DNA from: Octopus sinensis
Lineage: Eukaryota
NCBI RefSeq assembly: GCF_006345805.1
Contig: NC_042998.1
Span: 80,166,001 to 80,230,000 of the forward strand
Reading direction: 5' to 3'
Length of the DNA stretch: 64,000 bases
The notes beneath the pieces are model-generated. The model was not told the DNA's origin and ran no database searches. It saw only the letters and a program-made list of their open reading frames with translations. Below, in pieces: positions 13,174 through 26,299 of this stretch (its first letter is position 1; every line of letters starts with the position of its first letter). The position numbers were made by a program, and so were the translations under genes.

Positions 13174-13318
13174 CAGGCATCAGCAATCTTTTACGAGAAG
13201 TGAACCGCATGAGACATAGCTGATCATTTAGTAGGTCACACGACTAAAAACTTCAAGGTAATTTTTCGTTAGTCATGCCATTCAGAAAGTCCCATGGGCT
13301 GCCGGTTGCCCATGATTG
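13174..13318. mobile_element. hAT-type MITE (145 bp)
   Basis: Imperfect TIRs CAGGCATCAGCAATC / GGTTGCCCATGATTG (10 of 15 match). 8-bp TSD ccttagaa (13166-13173) / ccttagag (13319-13326). Confidence 0.75.
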
Positions 13319-14754
13319 CCTTAGAGGCGCCCTAGCTAGAAGTCTTCAAATGAAGACAATAATAGGGCAAAATCGGTCACGTGGCAAGTTCATCTCTTTC
13401 TCTCAAGCTATATTGATGAGAGGGGAGTTAAATTTACAATTGCAAATGAACAAAACACTTGGGAATTTTACTCTGTCACCACTACTTGTAAGAATGAATT
13501 ATATCCTCCATGTAAACAGCTACACACACAGGGCCATTAAGAAATAAGCGTATCTATTTACTGCTGACACAATAAAGTAATAGTGTTAGGATATGAATTA
13601 TCAACTACTTAGCTGGGTGTTCAACACCTTATTAATTTGATTATCAACACACCCATAATACATTAGACTACTACCATATATGTCACCAATAGAGGATCCT
13701 TTGTACATTTGCTTAATATACTAGAAAATTGCAGCAAAATTCTCAAAATTTGTACATTACATTCTTAAAACTAGGGCACATTGGATAATGTTGTCCTAGA
13801 TATAAAAAAAACAGACAGAATGGTCAAAGCTGCAACTTTTGATTAAACAGGGCTGACTTGGATCTAAACAAAATACAATTAGTTCACATGTGTGAGTTCA
13901 AATCTGAGCAGGATATTTAATTCTCCCTATCGCAATACCTCCAATCAGTGCCAGATCTAGAAATATTCATAGGACTCAGATCTACTTGGAGAATGTAACA
14001 GGAAACCATTTCAGTGTAAATTTTCCAAGAAAATATTTTAGATACTTCAATTTGACAATGGCCCATTTTTCATAGCCATAAATCCCTGTGGTAGTGCAGC
14101 ACAGTTTAAATCTATAAGCATCAGAAGCATACTACACAATTAATGAATTCTTTATTAACTTGCTGTACTCTATTAATGAGTGTACATTAGAGACAAGATC
14201 CACTAGCATATCTTGCATTAGATCAGTCACTCATAATCAAGACAAGTCAGGCATGATGAGGGTGGTAACACGACATTGAAAGGGTGGTATGAAAGATAAG
14301 TTTACTTTAAAAATCTGGCAAAAATTAACTCTTGATTCCCATTGCTATATCATAAACCGACTAATGTGAAATCGAGACCAGAAATTATTAATTTGGTAAT
14401 TAGAGCAAAAAGATTTTGTCTGAGCCTGACTGGAAGACTGGAAGACATCCTGCTGTGGATAGATAAAATTCTACATTGAAAGAAAGGAGGTGGTGAGTGG
14501 AATTTAAGAGTTGGGTGGCATTGGCTTATAAAGGTTTAGAATTATTGGTGAAGATAAGCACACAGCTATGTTTGGTTATGTTTTAGAAGCATGCAATAAC
14601 TATGGCTTCTTACATTGGAACAAGGTCACAGATGTGTAAAAGAGGCAAATACAGCAGACTGGATCGACCCCTATTATAAGACTGGTACTTATTTTTTTGA
14701 CTTCAGAGGTGAAAGTTAAAACCAATCTCAGAGAAATTTGATCAGAGGTTGTGC

Positions 14755-15418
14755 AGAGATCATCATCATCCTTTATCCATGCTGGAAGGCTGTACCAAAC
14801 TCTAGTCTGAATTCATGGTTTCTATAGTTGGATGCCCTTCCTAACACCTACCACTCTGAGAGTGTAAAGGGTGCTTTTACATTCCACTGGTACAGGTGCC
14901 ATTTGTGTGACATCAGTATCTACCACAACTATGATTTCACTTGGCTTGATGGGTCTTCTTCTCAAGCACAGCATAATGCCAAAGGTCTCGGTCACTTGTC
15001 ATTGCCTCCATGACGCCCAACACTCAAAAGTGCTTTTCATGTGCCACTGGTATCAGCCACCTTGCCTCCATGAGGCCCAGTGCTTGAAAGGTGTCTTTTA
15101 TGTGCCACTGGCACAAATATCAGTTACGTGACACCAGCATCAGCCATGACTATGATTTCACTTGGCTTGATGGATCTTCTGAAGCATGGCACATCACCAA
15201 AGGTCTCAGTCACTAGTCACTGCCTCTGTGAAGCCTGTTTGAAGATCATGCTTCACCTACTCATCCCAGATCTTCCTGGATCTATCTCTACCACAGACTC
15301 CCTCCACAGTTAGAGATCAGCACTTCTTTACACAACTGTCCTTGTCCATATGCATCACATGAACATACCAGTGCAGTCATCGCTCTTGCACACTACATCT
15401 GATTCTCTTACACCCAAC
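14755..15418 (-). mobile_element. RTE-clade LINE 3' end (ORF2 C-terminus plus 3'UTR shared with family C)
   Basis: Minus strand 15418-15158 translates (with stops) as GCKRIRCSVQER*LHWYVHVMHMDKDSCVKKC*SLTVEGVCGRDRSRKIWDE*VKHDLQ...DLW*CAMLQKIHQAK*, like the RTE 'LRWYGHV.RM...GRGRPRKTW' motif. It runs into the family C 3'UTR and a (GAT)n tail. An ~80-nt segment is duplicated (about 14933-15012 and 15154-15232). Confidence 0.85.
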
Positions 15419-15452
15419 AGTTATAAACAAGCATCGCTGGCATACAAATGGT

Positions 15453-15648
15453 ATAATAATAATGATTTCAAATTCTGGCACAAGGCCAGTAATTTTGGGG
15501 TAAGAGATAAATCAATTACATTGACCCAGTGCTCGACTGGTACTTATTTTATCAACTCCAAAAGGATAAAAGGCAGAATGTAAAGATGGATGAAATGTTG
15601 CTAAACATTTTGCCTGGTGTGCTAACAATTCTGCCAGCTCATTGCCTT
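15453..15648 (-). mobile_element. SINE family B
   Basis: (AAT)n tail, core tggtacttattttatcaactccaaaaggataaaaggc, head ctgccagctcattgcctt. Confidence 0.85.
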
Positions 15649-16030
15649 CATCATCATCATTATCATCGTTTAACATCTGTTTTCCATGCTGGCATGGGTT
15701 GGACGGTTCGACTGGGGTCTGGGAAGCCAGAAGGCTGCACCAGGCTCCAGTCTGATCTGGCAGTGTTTCTACAGCTGGATGCCCTTCCAAACGCCAACCA
15801 CTCCGTGAGTGTAGTGGGTGTTTTTTACGTGCCACTGGCACAGGGGCCAGAGGAGGCTAGCAAACGGTCACAATCGGTTGGTGCTTTTACATGTCACCGA
15901 CATGGATGCCAGTCAGGCGGTGCTGGTATCACCCACGTTCGGACAGTGCTTTTTACGTGTCACCGGCATGGGTATCTTAACTACAATTTCCATTTGATTT
16001 TTATTTTGATGTTGGTGTTGACGTACTTGA
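15649..16030 (-). mobile_element. Family C element (RTE-tailed)
   Basis: catcatcgtttaacatctgttttccatgctggcatgggttggacgg...gctggatgcccttccaaacgccaaccactcc...gtgcttttacgtg modules. Confidence 0.88.
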
Positions 16031-16046
16031 CTCAGTAGGTCTCCTT

Positions 16047-16482
16047 AATAATAATAATAATAATCCTTTCTACTAAAGGCACAGAGCTTGAAATTTTGCA
16101 GGAGGGGACTAGTCGATTACATCATCCTTGGTGTTTCACTGGTACTTAATTTATCAACACTGAAAGGATGAAAGGCAAAGTTGACCTTGGCTGCATTTGA
16201 ACTCAGAACGTAAAAACGGACGAAATGCCACTAAGCATTTTGCCAGGTGTGCTAACAATTCTGCCAGCTTGTCGCCTTAATAATAATAATAATAATAATA
16301 ATAATGTCTCTAATTTAGGTACAAGAGCCACCATCGCCCCAGCAGTTGACTGGTACTTTATTTTATTGACCTCAGAGCAATGAAAGGCAAAGTGGATTTC
16401 AATGGGATTTGAACAGAATGTAAAAAGAAATACTGCAAGGCATTTTTTCCAACATTGTAAAGATTCTGTCAATTCACCACCA
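16047..16482 (-). mobile_element. Two head-to-tail SINE family B copies
   Basis: Copies at about 16047-16278 and 16279-16482, each with its own (AAT)n tail. Confidence 0.85.
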
Positions 16483-17324
16483 CCACCACCACAATGATGA
16501 TGATGAGGAGGAGGAGTGGAGGGGGAGGAGGAGGAAGGCGACAACAACAACAATAGTCTGTTCATCATCAGTTACTATTTCCATTCATGTTAGAAATTAT
16601 AGAAATTGCTTTCATGCCAGAAAATGCTTCAAAGTAGATTCTACAGTATTAAGGATCAATATTAAAACCTTGATTAAAAGGGGAAGAAAGGGTTAGATTT
16701 TAGTTATAAATAGCAGAATATAGTCATGGTTAATCACATGTTTAATACAAGATTATAATGTTTCCTGTGATCAGAGATTAGTGATAAAAATACTTGGAAG
16801 ATATTTGGGAGTTTGAGATGACATTAGCATGTTTAGCAGCAGCAGCAGCAGTTGTAGTAGTAGTAGCAGCAGTAGTAGTAATGGCAGTGGGTCGGTGGTG
16901 GTAACATGAAGTAAAGAAATAAACTGTCAGGAGATGATAACTCAGTGAAAGAAGCCTCTTTAAAGTGGCTACTTTGTGTGCTAGAAATAGCAACCAAATC
17001 TCTGTCAAATCACACCCTACTATCTTAAAATAAGGGAGGACAGACACGTTGGATAATGTTACTCTAGATATTATCATCATCATCATTTACTCAACAGCTT
17101 TTAATTTATCTTTTTGGCTTTGTCAGAACAAGTGGGAGCCCATCACTTTTTGGGTTTTTTTTTGTTTTTTGTTTGTTTTGTTTTGCAGAGCATCCTAGCT
17201 TAGTGGAAAGAACTGAAGACCTGGTCAGAATGCTTACTAAAGGCACTCAATGGACATGTGGTCGGGTCAAATCAAGAGATGGATTAAGGCTACTTACCAG
17301 GAATAACATCCAAATACTCCTTAA

Positions 17325-17495
17325 CCCTTTAGCATTCAGATTAATTTATCAAACATAATGCTTATTTAGCCACAGTTTTTCAAATTAGATTTTGAAGATG
17401 TGACTGGTTATTTTTAGAATGACATTGCAGGGTAGCTGTGAGAGGCTCAATCTGGTCAGTTTCAACATAAAACAGATACAATATTTGCTAAAGGG
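17325..17495. mobile_element. piggyBac-type MITE (171 bp)
   Basis: TTAA|CCCTTTAGCA ... TGCTAAAGGG|TTAA: perfect 10-bp TIR and TTAA TSD (17321-17324, 17496-17499). Confidence 0.85.
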
Positions 17496-17569
17496 TTAAA
17501 TCATGTTATCATCTTAAAGAAGGAAGGTCACTGGATAATGAAGTCCTACATATACAATGTCTGTAATTA

Positions 17570-17733
17570 GGTGTAGGCATAGCTGTGTGGTTAAGATGCT
17601 TGCTCTGCAACCACATGGTTTCAGGTTCAGTCCCACTGCACAGCACATTGGTCATATCCCTTCTATTATGGCTCCAGGCCAACCAATGTCTTGTGAGTGA
17701 ATTTGGGAGACAGAAACTATGAATAGGTCTGTC

Positions 17734-17792
<59 letters not shown>

Positions 17793-17974
17793 TCCCCCAT
17801 TGCTGCTTAACAAATGGTGTTGGTTTGTTTACATTCCTATAACTTAACTGTTCACCAAAAATGACCAATAGACGTATCATACTTAAAATATAAGTACTGG
17901 GGTCGATTTTTCAACTAAACCCTTCAAGGCATTATCTCAGCATGGTCAAAGTCCAATGACTGAAACAAGTAAAA
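17570..17974 (+). mobile_element. SINE family A, full length (tRNA-derived head, internal microsatellite)
   Basis: A-box-like tagctgtgtgg, B-box-like ggttcagtccc, internal (TA)n(TG)n, 3' end gactgaaacaagtaaaa. Confidence 0.9.
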
Positions 17975-18229
17975 TATAATAGTTAAAATGGTCACAACAA
18001 GATCAGCTTTTATCATAGACCAACTGGATCATGGCAGATTTAGGGTCTTAAACCAAGATTTAATTGCAGCTATCATCTAGAGAAGATGAGAATGCCTAAT
18101 CAAGGTGTCCTTCCTTTGTTCTAACTACTGAGAAATGATTTTAGAAACTTGGGTTTCATTTGATCATGAATGTTGGGATGTTGAGTAATGATTGAAAATG
18201 GGGTTCCACCAAAAGAACTTTAAAGTAAC

Positions 18230-18862
18230 ATTACTTGATAAGGTGTGTAGCTAAGCGATCGGTGAGTCTCTCCAGGTCAAACTACTAGTTCTCCATGTTG
18301 AGAGATCACAGCTCAGGTACTATGGACTACTAGCATAGGTAGAGTGGGACAGTCCACCTTGGATGGGGCTTTTATGGAGGTGGCACCACTTTGGGGTCTG
18401 CTATAGTTTATAAGCCTGTATAGGCTGTTATAAAATCAAATAATAGTGGCTTTAAAGTTGGGACATGGACACTACTCACCATTAAATGCAACCATTGATA
18501 TAGTCACTGTGCAATAGGTATTTTTTTGTGGGGGACCTAGAGGTGGCAAACTGGAGGGCTGCTACAAGCAGCACACACTCAAGCTACACCACTGCTATGG
18601 ACATATGATTAGAATGTTGCAAAAAAGAATCACAAGACAGATTTTTCTAGCCAAAGCAACCAGCAGGAGACCTAAGGGCAAACCAAGTGTGACAATGTTG
18701 GATAATACCCATAGTCTCAGCTGGTCATGTTTGGGAATCCAGCTGGAAAGTCTAATGACAGCTACTTCAGATGGGACCCTATGGAGGTACTTGAGGACTC
18801 TAACTGTCATGGCCATCCCAGGAATAATGAATGGAGAAGATGAATGGATGGGTGGATGGGTT
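18230..18862 (+). mobile_element. Rearranged RTE-clade (Rex3/Expander-like) LINE remnant
   Basis: Contains LLVLHVERSQLRYYG (~18270-18320), an endonuclease-start-like FKVGTW (~18450), and YGHMIRMLQKRITRQIFLAKATSRRPKGKP...LSWSCLGIQLE...LWRYL (~18595-18800). Ends in a gaagatgaatggatgggtggatggg tail, typical of (GATG)n-tailed Expander elements. Confidence 0.75.
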
Positions 18863-19740
18863 TCATATGAAGGGTTCTTAATATTGTTTAGCTCTAGGTC
18901 TGGTGTAATTGTTCAATGGAGCAGGTTCATATAAGTAAACCATGAAAATTTACATTTTGGAGTAGTAACAAAGTCAGGTAAGAAAATAGAGTGTATCTCA
19001 TATACATACACAAACACAAGCACATGCAAATACATACATACATGCATACAAAAAGGCCACTTACAGGCACATATATCACATATGGTCACTCTACTTGCTA
19101 GAAATAGCACCCAAATCTTTCTCATATCATACCTTACTCTCTTAGAAAAGGCAGTAAGGTGTGATATGAAAAGCATATCAGACAGTATACTCTTAGATAA
19201 ACTAAGATGGAAAAGAAAAAAACCCAAAAGACAGGTTGGTCATGATTGGAATGCCTTTGATCATCAGTTTGCTCTGTAAACATTGACTTAATGCTAAACA
19301 ACAACATAAAGGCAAAAAGAACTATCACACACACACACAAAATCTAGATTTCCAGTTATTCAAAATCAGAGATCAATAATTAGAAGCTGTAAACATCTTC
19401 AAACATTACAAGGTGAAGTGGTTGAGAAGGTCAGATACTGGACCAGCTACTATGAGGTCATGGGTTCAAACCTACGCTACAATAAAATCATGTTCCTTAA
19501 CATACTTCAAACAAAGTAGGTGCTTTATAATTTCACAGTTGAATATTCACTTGTAGAGAAGGCATCCATCCATGAAACATTTGCCCAAAAGCTATATTCA
19601 AATTTTCAAAGATAAATTCTGCTAGCATGAAAGAATATTTGTGTTAATAGAAAATAACAAATAAAATTAACATTAAATTGAGATTACGAAAATATTTGTA
19701 AATAAACATGTCTGCAGTTTATAAACACACACACACACAC

Positions 19741-19788
<48 letters not shown>

Positions 19789-19797
19789 CACATATAA

Positions 19798-19852
<55 letters not shown>

Positions 19853-20233
19853 CATATATAATTGTCATCATCAGTTTAACATTCATTTTCCTATGCTTAC
19901 AAGGAGTCAATCATAATTTGTTGAGGCAGGTTTTCTACATAATACACAGAGAAGCAAATATGTACACATATATATAACATACACTTACGCAAAAATGGTG
20001 CCATGATAAAATGCATCAGTAACATTCTGTAAAGTGGCTGACATTAGGAATGGTATCCAGCCATTAAAACCATTTCAAAATGATATGTACAAGTAAGATA
20101 TGGTCTTCTGGACCATCTAGGAGAACAGGAGCTCCAAGTAAAAACTGACAATCCATCTAACCTGTACCAGCATGAAAAACAGATGTGTGCAAAGATGATG
20201 ATGTTAATGATGACAGTGGTGGGTACATTTTTT

Positions 20234-20702
20234 ACCATGAAGGAGAATTTTTTTCTCTACAGTAATTGCAGTGAATTTGCCTTTAGAAGTTGAAATATGT
20301 CACAAACATATTTTAACTAATTTAAAGTTTGCTTATGCCTAAACACTGCTTGATGCTGACACTGCTGAATTCCTTCTGACCTGGCAGTCCAATAGTGCAG
20401 CTCAGTCAATGTTGTTGACTGTGTTTCAGCTAAAGCTATGATTTAAATATACCCTGAGTTACCTTTCTTCAGTATTTCCCATTGATAATGGTTAAAGAGC
20501 TAGAAACACTGCATCTGGGAATCCAATAGAGGCCAGTACTGAGCAGAAATGGTGTTTTATAACTCTTACCATGAGAGAGAATTTTTTGTCCATGGTAAAT
20601 GCAGTAGACTTGCATTTAGGAGTTGAAATATGTTATAAACATATTTTAACTAACTTAAAGCTCACTTATGCCTAAACACTGCTTGGTGTTGATACTGTTG
20701 AA
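20234..20702. repeat. Old local direct duplication of about 135 bp, period 334 bp
   Basis: 20234-20369 and 20568-20702 share accatg..aga..ttttt...gagttgaaatatgt.a.aaacatattttaactaa.ttaaag....cttatgcctaaacactgcttg.tg.tga.actg.tgaa. Confidence 0.85.
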
Positions 20703-21339
20703 AGATTTTTACAAACACAGTATACACACAGTATACAATATACACACATAAATATAAGTATATATGCACAAAGTACATACACACACAAATTGACGTATAC
20801 ACATATAACAAATTTGCATCCAAATATATATCTTGCCAAAATAGATGCAACTAGAATACAGCTGTGTATTCCATATACACAAAATGATGAATGCAAAAAC
20901 TTGTGTTGAAATGTATTTGGTTGGAGGAAGAAAACAATAACTTACGACAATTGTCAGCGACTCAAAGGGGAGATAAACTCAAGAAGTTAAGGGGAAAATT
21001 TGATCTATCTTAGCAAGTAAGGTGACAGCTAGGGACAAGTTCCAGTCTTATTAGACCTTATCAGTGAAGCATTATCTTCACATGTCTGCTTTCATCATCA
21101 GTGGACAGACATCTTTACAAGTAGAAAGATAATTATGAAATTTTTTTGGCCAGTGTGATTCACATAATTACAATTAGTGAAATGAGTCAATAGAATAAAT
21201 TTACATAATTCAGGTAGGTGGTGATATACTAAATGATGTACATCATACATCAGTGTGTGTGTGTGTGTGTGTTTTGATGAAAGTTATGTAGCTGAAACTT
21301 GAAAGTAATCAGCAACCTTTCCTTGCAAACATATTTATT

Positions 21340-21583
21340 ATCATCATCATCATCATCATCATCATTTAATGTCCACTATTTCATGCATGCATGGGTAAGG
21401 CGAAATTTACTGAGAGAGATGTTCTGTGGCCAGATGCTTTTCCTGTCACTAACACTCACTTGTTTCCAAGCAAATAAATTATTTTCTCTAGGCTGGACAT
21501 GTTTTCATGAAGACTGGAATGAACGATACTGTTTAGTTGATACTGACACTTGCTTGCAACCATCACATACTATCAGAACAAGG

Positions 21584-21632
<49 letters not shown>

Positions 21633-21995
21633 CATACTGCAGGGTGTTGGATGGTTTGACTAAGGACTGGCAAGCCAGAAAGCTGTAGCAGGCTCCAATC
21701 TGATCTGGCAAGGTTTCTACAGCTGGATACCCTTCCTAACGTCAACCACTCCAAGAGTGTAGAGGGTGCTTACACTCTCGGAGTGGATATATATATTATT
21801 TATTTAAAGTACACATATATATATGTGTGTGTGTGTGTATACACATACACACACACAATGAGTGTCTTTCAGCTTTCATTTATTAAATCCACTCACAAGG
21901 GGCTGTAGTAGAATACACTTGGCCAAGGTGCAATGCAGTGGAATTGAAACAGAAACCATGTAGTTGGGAAGGGAACTACTAAAGCACACAACTAC
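21340..21995 (-). mobile_element. Hybrid SINE (family A head and core, RTE-type tail) with a 183-bp insertion in its microsatellite
   Basis: The (CAT)n tail and RTE-type 3' end lie at 21340-21590 and the family A core and head at 21860-21995. They are separated by a microsatellite plus the duplicated segment 21633-21815. Confidence 0.75.
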
Positions 21996-22832
21996 ACTTA
22001 CATGTATAAGTGTACACTCACACACGCACACAGATGGGCCTTCTGTACTGTCTTCATATACCAATGTTAGTCAGAAAGCAATGATTGCCCCAAGGCCATA
22101 CAGTAGAAGACAGTTACCCAAGCTTCCACATAATGGGGCAGAACCCAAAATGATGTGTTAAACCATACATATGCACATACATATGTATGAATGTATATTT
22201 TATACATGTCTATGTATGAGAGAGAGAGAGAGAGAGAGAGAGAAAGATGTATATAAGTAATTAAATATTTCAAGGATTAATCAAGGATTGAATGTAGAAA
22301 ACACATGTTTAAGCAATGTGTGGGATGGGCTGGAGAGATTTCAAAGAGATTCAAACTTACTGTGGATAAAACAAAGAAAATGAATACAACTGCATGTGGT
22401 GGAACATACTTCCTTTGTGTGTGTGAATTGGAATAGATTAATTTTAGTTGATTGATTGAACAAAATATTAATTATTTTCTCTCAGTTTTAAGTGATCTAT
22501 AGTTATGCATTTATATTTTATTAACTAGATCCTAAAATTAATTCTATAATTTAAAAGCAAAATTATGATTACCATTTTCTTCCAAGACAGAACTATGAAC
22601 GAAGTGAACTTACCAATTCCAATCAGACATTCATGGTTCAGTAAATGATAATTGATTTTTTTTTTATAAATCATCACAAATAACACTAATCATTAAAAAT
22701 ACATAAATTATTCAAATTATGGTTTTAAGATTGAAAACATTAGAAAAATTTTCAAAAATTGGATGGAATTATGTTTTCTTTAGTAATGATAGAATGGTAG
22801 TAGAGTGTTCCATACCCACAACATAAAAATAT

Positions 22833-22983
22833 AGGCACAAGCACTGTCATGTGCTTAAGAAGCTTGTTGCCCAGCCGTGTGGTCATAAGTTCAGTCCCAC
22901 TGCTGACACCTACAAAAGATCCAAGTGAACCAAAGCTTTGTAAATGGATTTGATAGATGGAAACTATAAGAAACCCATGTATG

Positions 22984-23072
<89 letters not shown>

Positions 23073-23360
23073 TACACACATATTTATATCTGTGTGTGTG
23101 TTTCTGTTCTTGTCTTGGCATCATGTGATGATTGTAAATGAGCATCACTGTCATACAAGCGATATTGTTCGAATCCAGTCTTCCATAAAAATAAAGTATA
23201 TTTGGCCATGGGGAAATATATCACTTTACTTGGAAACATGTAAGAACTGGCAACAGGAAGGACAGCCAGACATCCAGTCATAGAAAATCTGGTTCAACAA
23301 ATTCCTTCCATCAGACTCATGCAAGCATGGAAAAGTGGATATTAAACAATGATGATTATG
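22833..23360 (+). mobile_element. Hybrid SINE (family A head and core, RTE-type tail)
   Basis: Head with agttcagtcccactgc, then microsatellite, then cttggcatcatgtgatgattgtaaatgagcatcac...ggacagccagacatccag...gcatggaaaagtggatattaaacaatgatgat. Confidence 0.8.
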
Positions 23361-23378
23361 AAATATATATATATTTAT

Positions 23379-23591
23379 CATCATCATCATCGTTTAACAT
23401 CTACTTTCCATACTGCAGGGTGTTGGATGGTTTGACTAAGGACTGGCAAGCCAGAAAGCTGTACCAGGCTCCAATCTGATCTGGCAAGGTTTCTACTGCT
23501 GGATACCCTTCCTAACGTCAACTACTCCAAGAGTGTAGAGGGTGCTTACACTCTCGGAGTGGATATATATATTATTTATTTAAAGTACACA
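23379..23591 (-). mobile_element. Truncated family C element ending in a fold-back
   Basis: catcatcgtttaacatctactttccatactgc...actccaagagtgtagagggtgcttacactctcggagtgg. Confidence 0.85.
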
Positions 23592-23983
23592 ATACATGTC
23601 TTTAAGTGCTACTAATAGTTTCATATGTTGACAATTATCTCAAACATATTCATCAGGCACAAACCACATATCATAATGATATGATATGTGGTTTTTACCA
23701 GATGAATATTTTTGAGATATTTCTCAATATATGAAACTATTAGTAGCACTTAAAAATATGTATCATGTCCTTTAAATAAATGTTTTTCTCTCACTAGATG
23801 GAGTACTTTTTTGTTGATTTTTCTATTACAGAACAACACATTATATATAGTGTTTATATCTTCCCTGATAAGATTGATACATTGCTCCACATTATTCATC
23901 CTGTCGGATTTATATTTTGAATGCATCCATCGAAACATATGTTGATGATATGAAGTGCATTTGTCTCCATTTTCAATTTTTCT

Positions 23984-24025
<42 letters not shown>

Positions 24026-24191
24026 GAATGAAAAAGGATTGATTGGTTTGTTCAAGATAACCTAAAACATTGAAGGTTTCAAGTTTGTTTTATCATAGTC
24101 CCATGACTGAAACCAGTAAAATAGTGGAAGAGGTATGTGTGTGTGTGTGAGAGAGAGAGAGAGATGGGGGACCTCCATTAGAAATCTTTAA

Positions 24192-24448
24192 CCCTTTTGA
24201 TACCAACACACCAGAGACGGTTTCTTAGTTCTATGATACAAATTCCTTGTTTTACAAAGATCTAAATCAGGAGTCTTGCAACACAAATTCATAAACATAA
24301 ATTAAAACCTTCCTATCAAAATGTCATGTTACTATAAATCTGAAACACTTGTGAATAATGACAAGATTATTTTAATAGATTTTTCATTATTTTCAAAAAT
24401 TAATTTTAAACAAAGACAATGTATTCCAATGGAAATATAGTAAAATTT
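24192..24448. mobile_element. piggyBac-type MITE, right end degraded
   Basis: Starts TTAA|CCCTTTTGATACC; body is homologous to 40782-41223 (aaaaccttcc.atcaaaat, ttcattattttcaaa). Confidence 0.6.
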
Positions 24449-24606
24449 TTAATCCTCAGACTTTAATACATTTAGTTGTCATATTTTGTGATCAGTGATT
24501 AAGACAGGTGACAGCTGTTTGAGTGAGACCTAGTTGAGGTTTATGGGTACATGGAAGTTCTAGCACTGTTTCAATGATAATCCTTTATTGGCTCCATGCC
24601 TGTATA

Positions 24607-25008
24607 TTCTTTTATTCTTTTATTTGTTTCAGTCATGTGACTGCGGCTATGCTGGAGCACCACCTTTTAGTTGAAGAAATCGACTCCAGGACTTATTTTT
24701 TTAAGCCTGGTACTTGTTCTACTGGTCTCTTTTGCCAAACTGCTAAGTTACAGGGACATAAACACACCAACACTGGTTACCAAGCGGTGATGGGGTAACA
24801 AACACAAGCACACACTCACTGATATATGCACACATACATATATATATGATGGGCTTCTTTCAGTTTCCATCTACCAAATCCCCTCACAAGGCTTTGGTCG
24901 GCCCAAGGCTATAGTAGAAAACACATGCTCAAGGTGCTACACAGTGGGACTGAACCCAGAACCATGTGGTTGAGAAGCATGCTTCTTCCCCCACAGCCAT
25001 ACCTGCAC
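24607..25008 (-). mobile_element. SINE family A, full length
   Basis: Reverse complement of the family A head, body and tail (tgtttcagtcat...gggactgaaccc...cacagccat). Confidence 0.9.
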
Positions 25009-25031
25009 TTAAATACGAAATTCCTTGAATA

Positions 25032-25205
25032 TTGATTTCAAATTTTGGCACCAATACTCAACAGGTACTTATTTTATTGGCCCCAAAAGGATGAACTACA
25101 AAGTCAACCTCAGTGGAATATGAACTCAGGACAAGTGTAAAGACGGATGAAATACCACTAAGCACTGTACCCGTCTTGCTAACAATTCTGCCAGCTCACT
25201 GCCTT
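25032..25205 (-). mobile_element. SINE family B, internally deleted
   Basis: gatttcaaattttggcac...ccccaaaaggatgaa...tgaactcagg...ctgccagctcactgcctt. Confidence 0.8.
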
Positions 25206-25914
25206 ATAGTGTGTAAGTGTGTTAATATCATTGTTTTCTTCAAAATCATTCTTCAGTGAAGTGGCTTCTACATAGTCCTGCGACTGCCAAAAATTACAGT
25301 TAATCCCATTCAAATCACACTATTGTTTTTTAATGAAAAAGAAAGGATGAACACATATAAATGATGTAGTCCAGAATGCTCACAGAACGATAGGGTGGTC
25401 ACAGTTGGAAATACATTTAATCATAAGTTTGTCTGCTTGATCAAGCTTGACCTGTGGTTAAACATCATTAATAGCATTCTTCTAAATCTTAAAGTGTTAA
25501 ATCATCGATCCTCAATAGAAAAGAACATTACATCATTTTTGTTAATCACTTACTACATCAGCAAAAAAAATGAAGATGATTATGATAATAATAATACTAA
25601 TAATAACAGTGATAGCAGAAATAATTTATACATTCTTTCACTTCAAATAGATTGTGGAAAAAAAAAGGAAAAAAGAAAAAACGTTCAATATTCATTGTAG
25701 AGATACACATGCATATTCATAGTATAGTTATATATGCATATGCATGTGTAGCTGCATGTAGATGACTGCATGTATATATATTCATATACACAAAGATGTA
25801 TATATATATTACATAAACACATACATATGAAAATGCATTCATACACAAGTATATATGTGTTTAAGAAAATAAGTTAAGAACCCTCTTTGCACACACACAC
25901 ACACACACACACAA

Positions 25915-25953
<39 letters not shown>

Positions 25954-26299
25954 AACACATACACACACACACACAAGAAAAAAATCCCTCCAGACAGAAA
26001 TCTTTCTTTGTTCAGACTTTCACCTAACACATAAGAGTGCGCCCACCCATACAAACACACACACACACACACAAAGCACATACATACACATGAGCACATG
26101 CACACGCAAAAGCATGTGCACGTGCATTTTCACATACCACAAATTGTTGAAAGGATATTAATCATACATACAGTATCCCATAATTAAAGCAGCGTTTGAT
26201 ATTATATTATTATGTAAATGCTGTCTTAGTTCTGGGTCACTAAGAAATCTTATACAAATACATGCATATATGGGAAATGTATGCTTATGTACATTATAT

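Noticed and set aside
17570-17645. tRNA-like A and B boxes (here and in other SINE heads)
   Set aside because: These are SINE heads continuous with the SINE body; no cloverleaf was evident, so they are not called as tRNA genes.
22590-22660. Perfect GTAAGT donor on the minus strand after ATGTCTGATTGGAATTG; another at about 20940
   Set aside because: No supporting acceptor or frame; the hexamer is expected by chance in AT-rich DNA.
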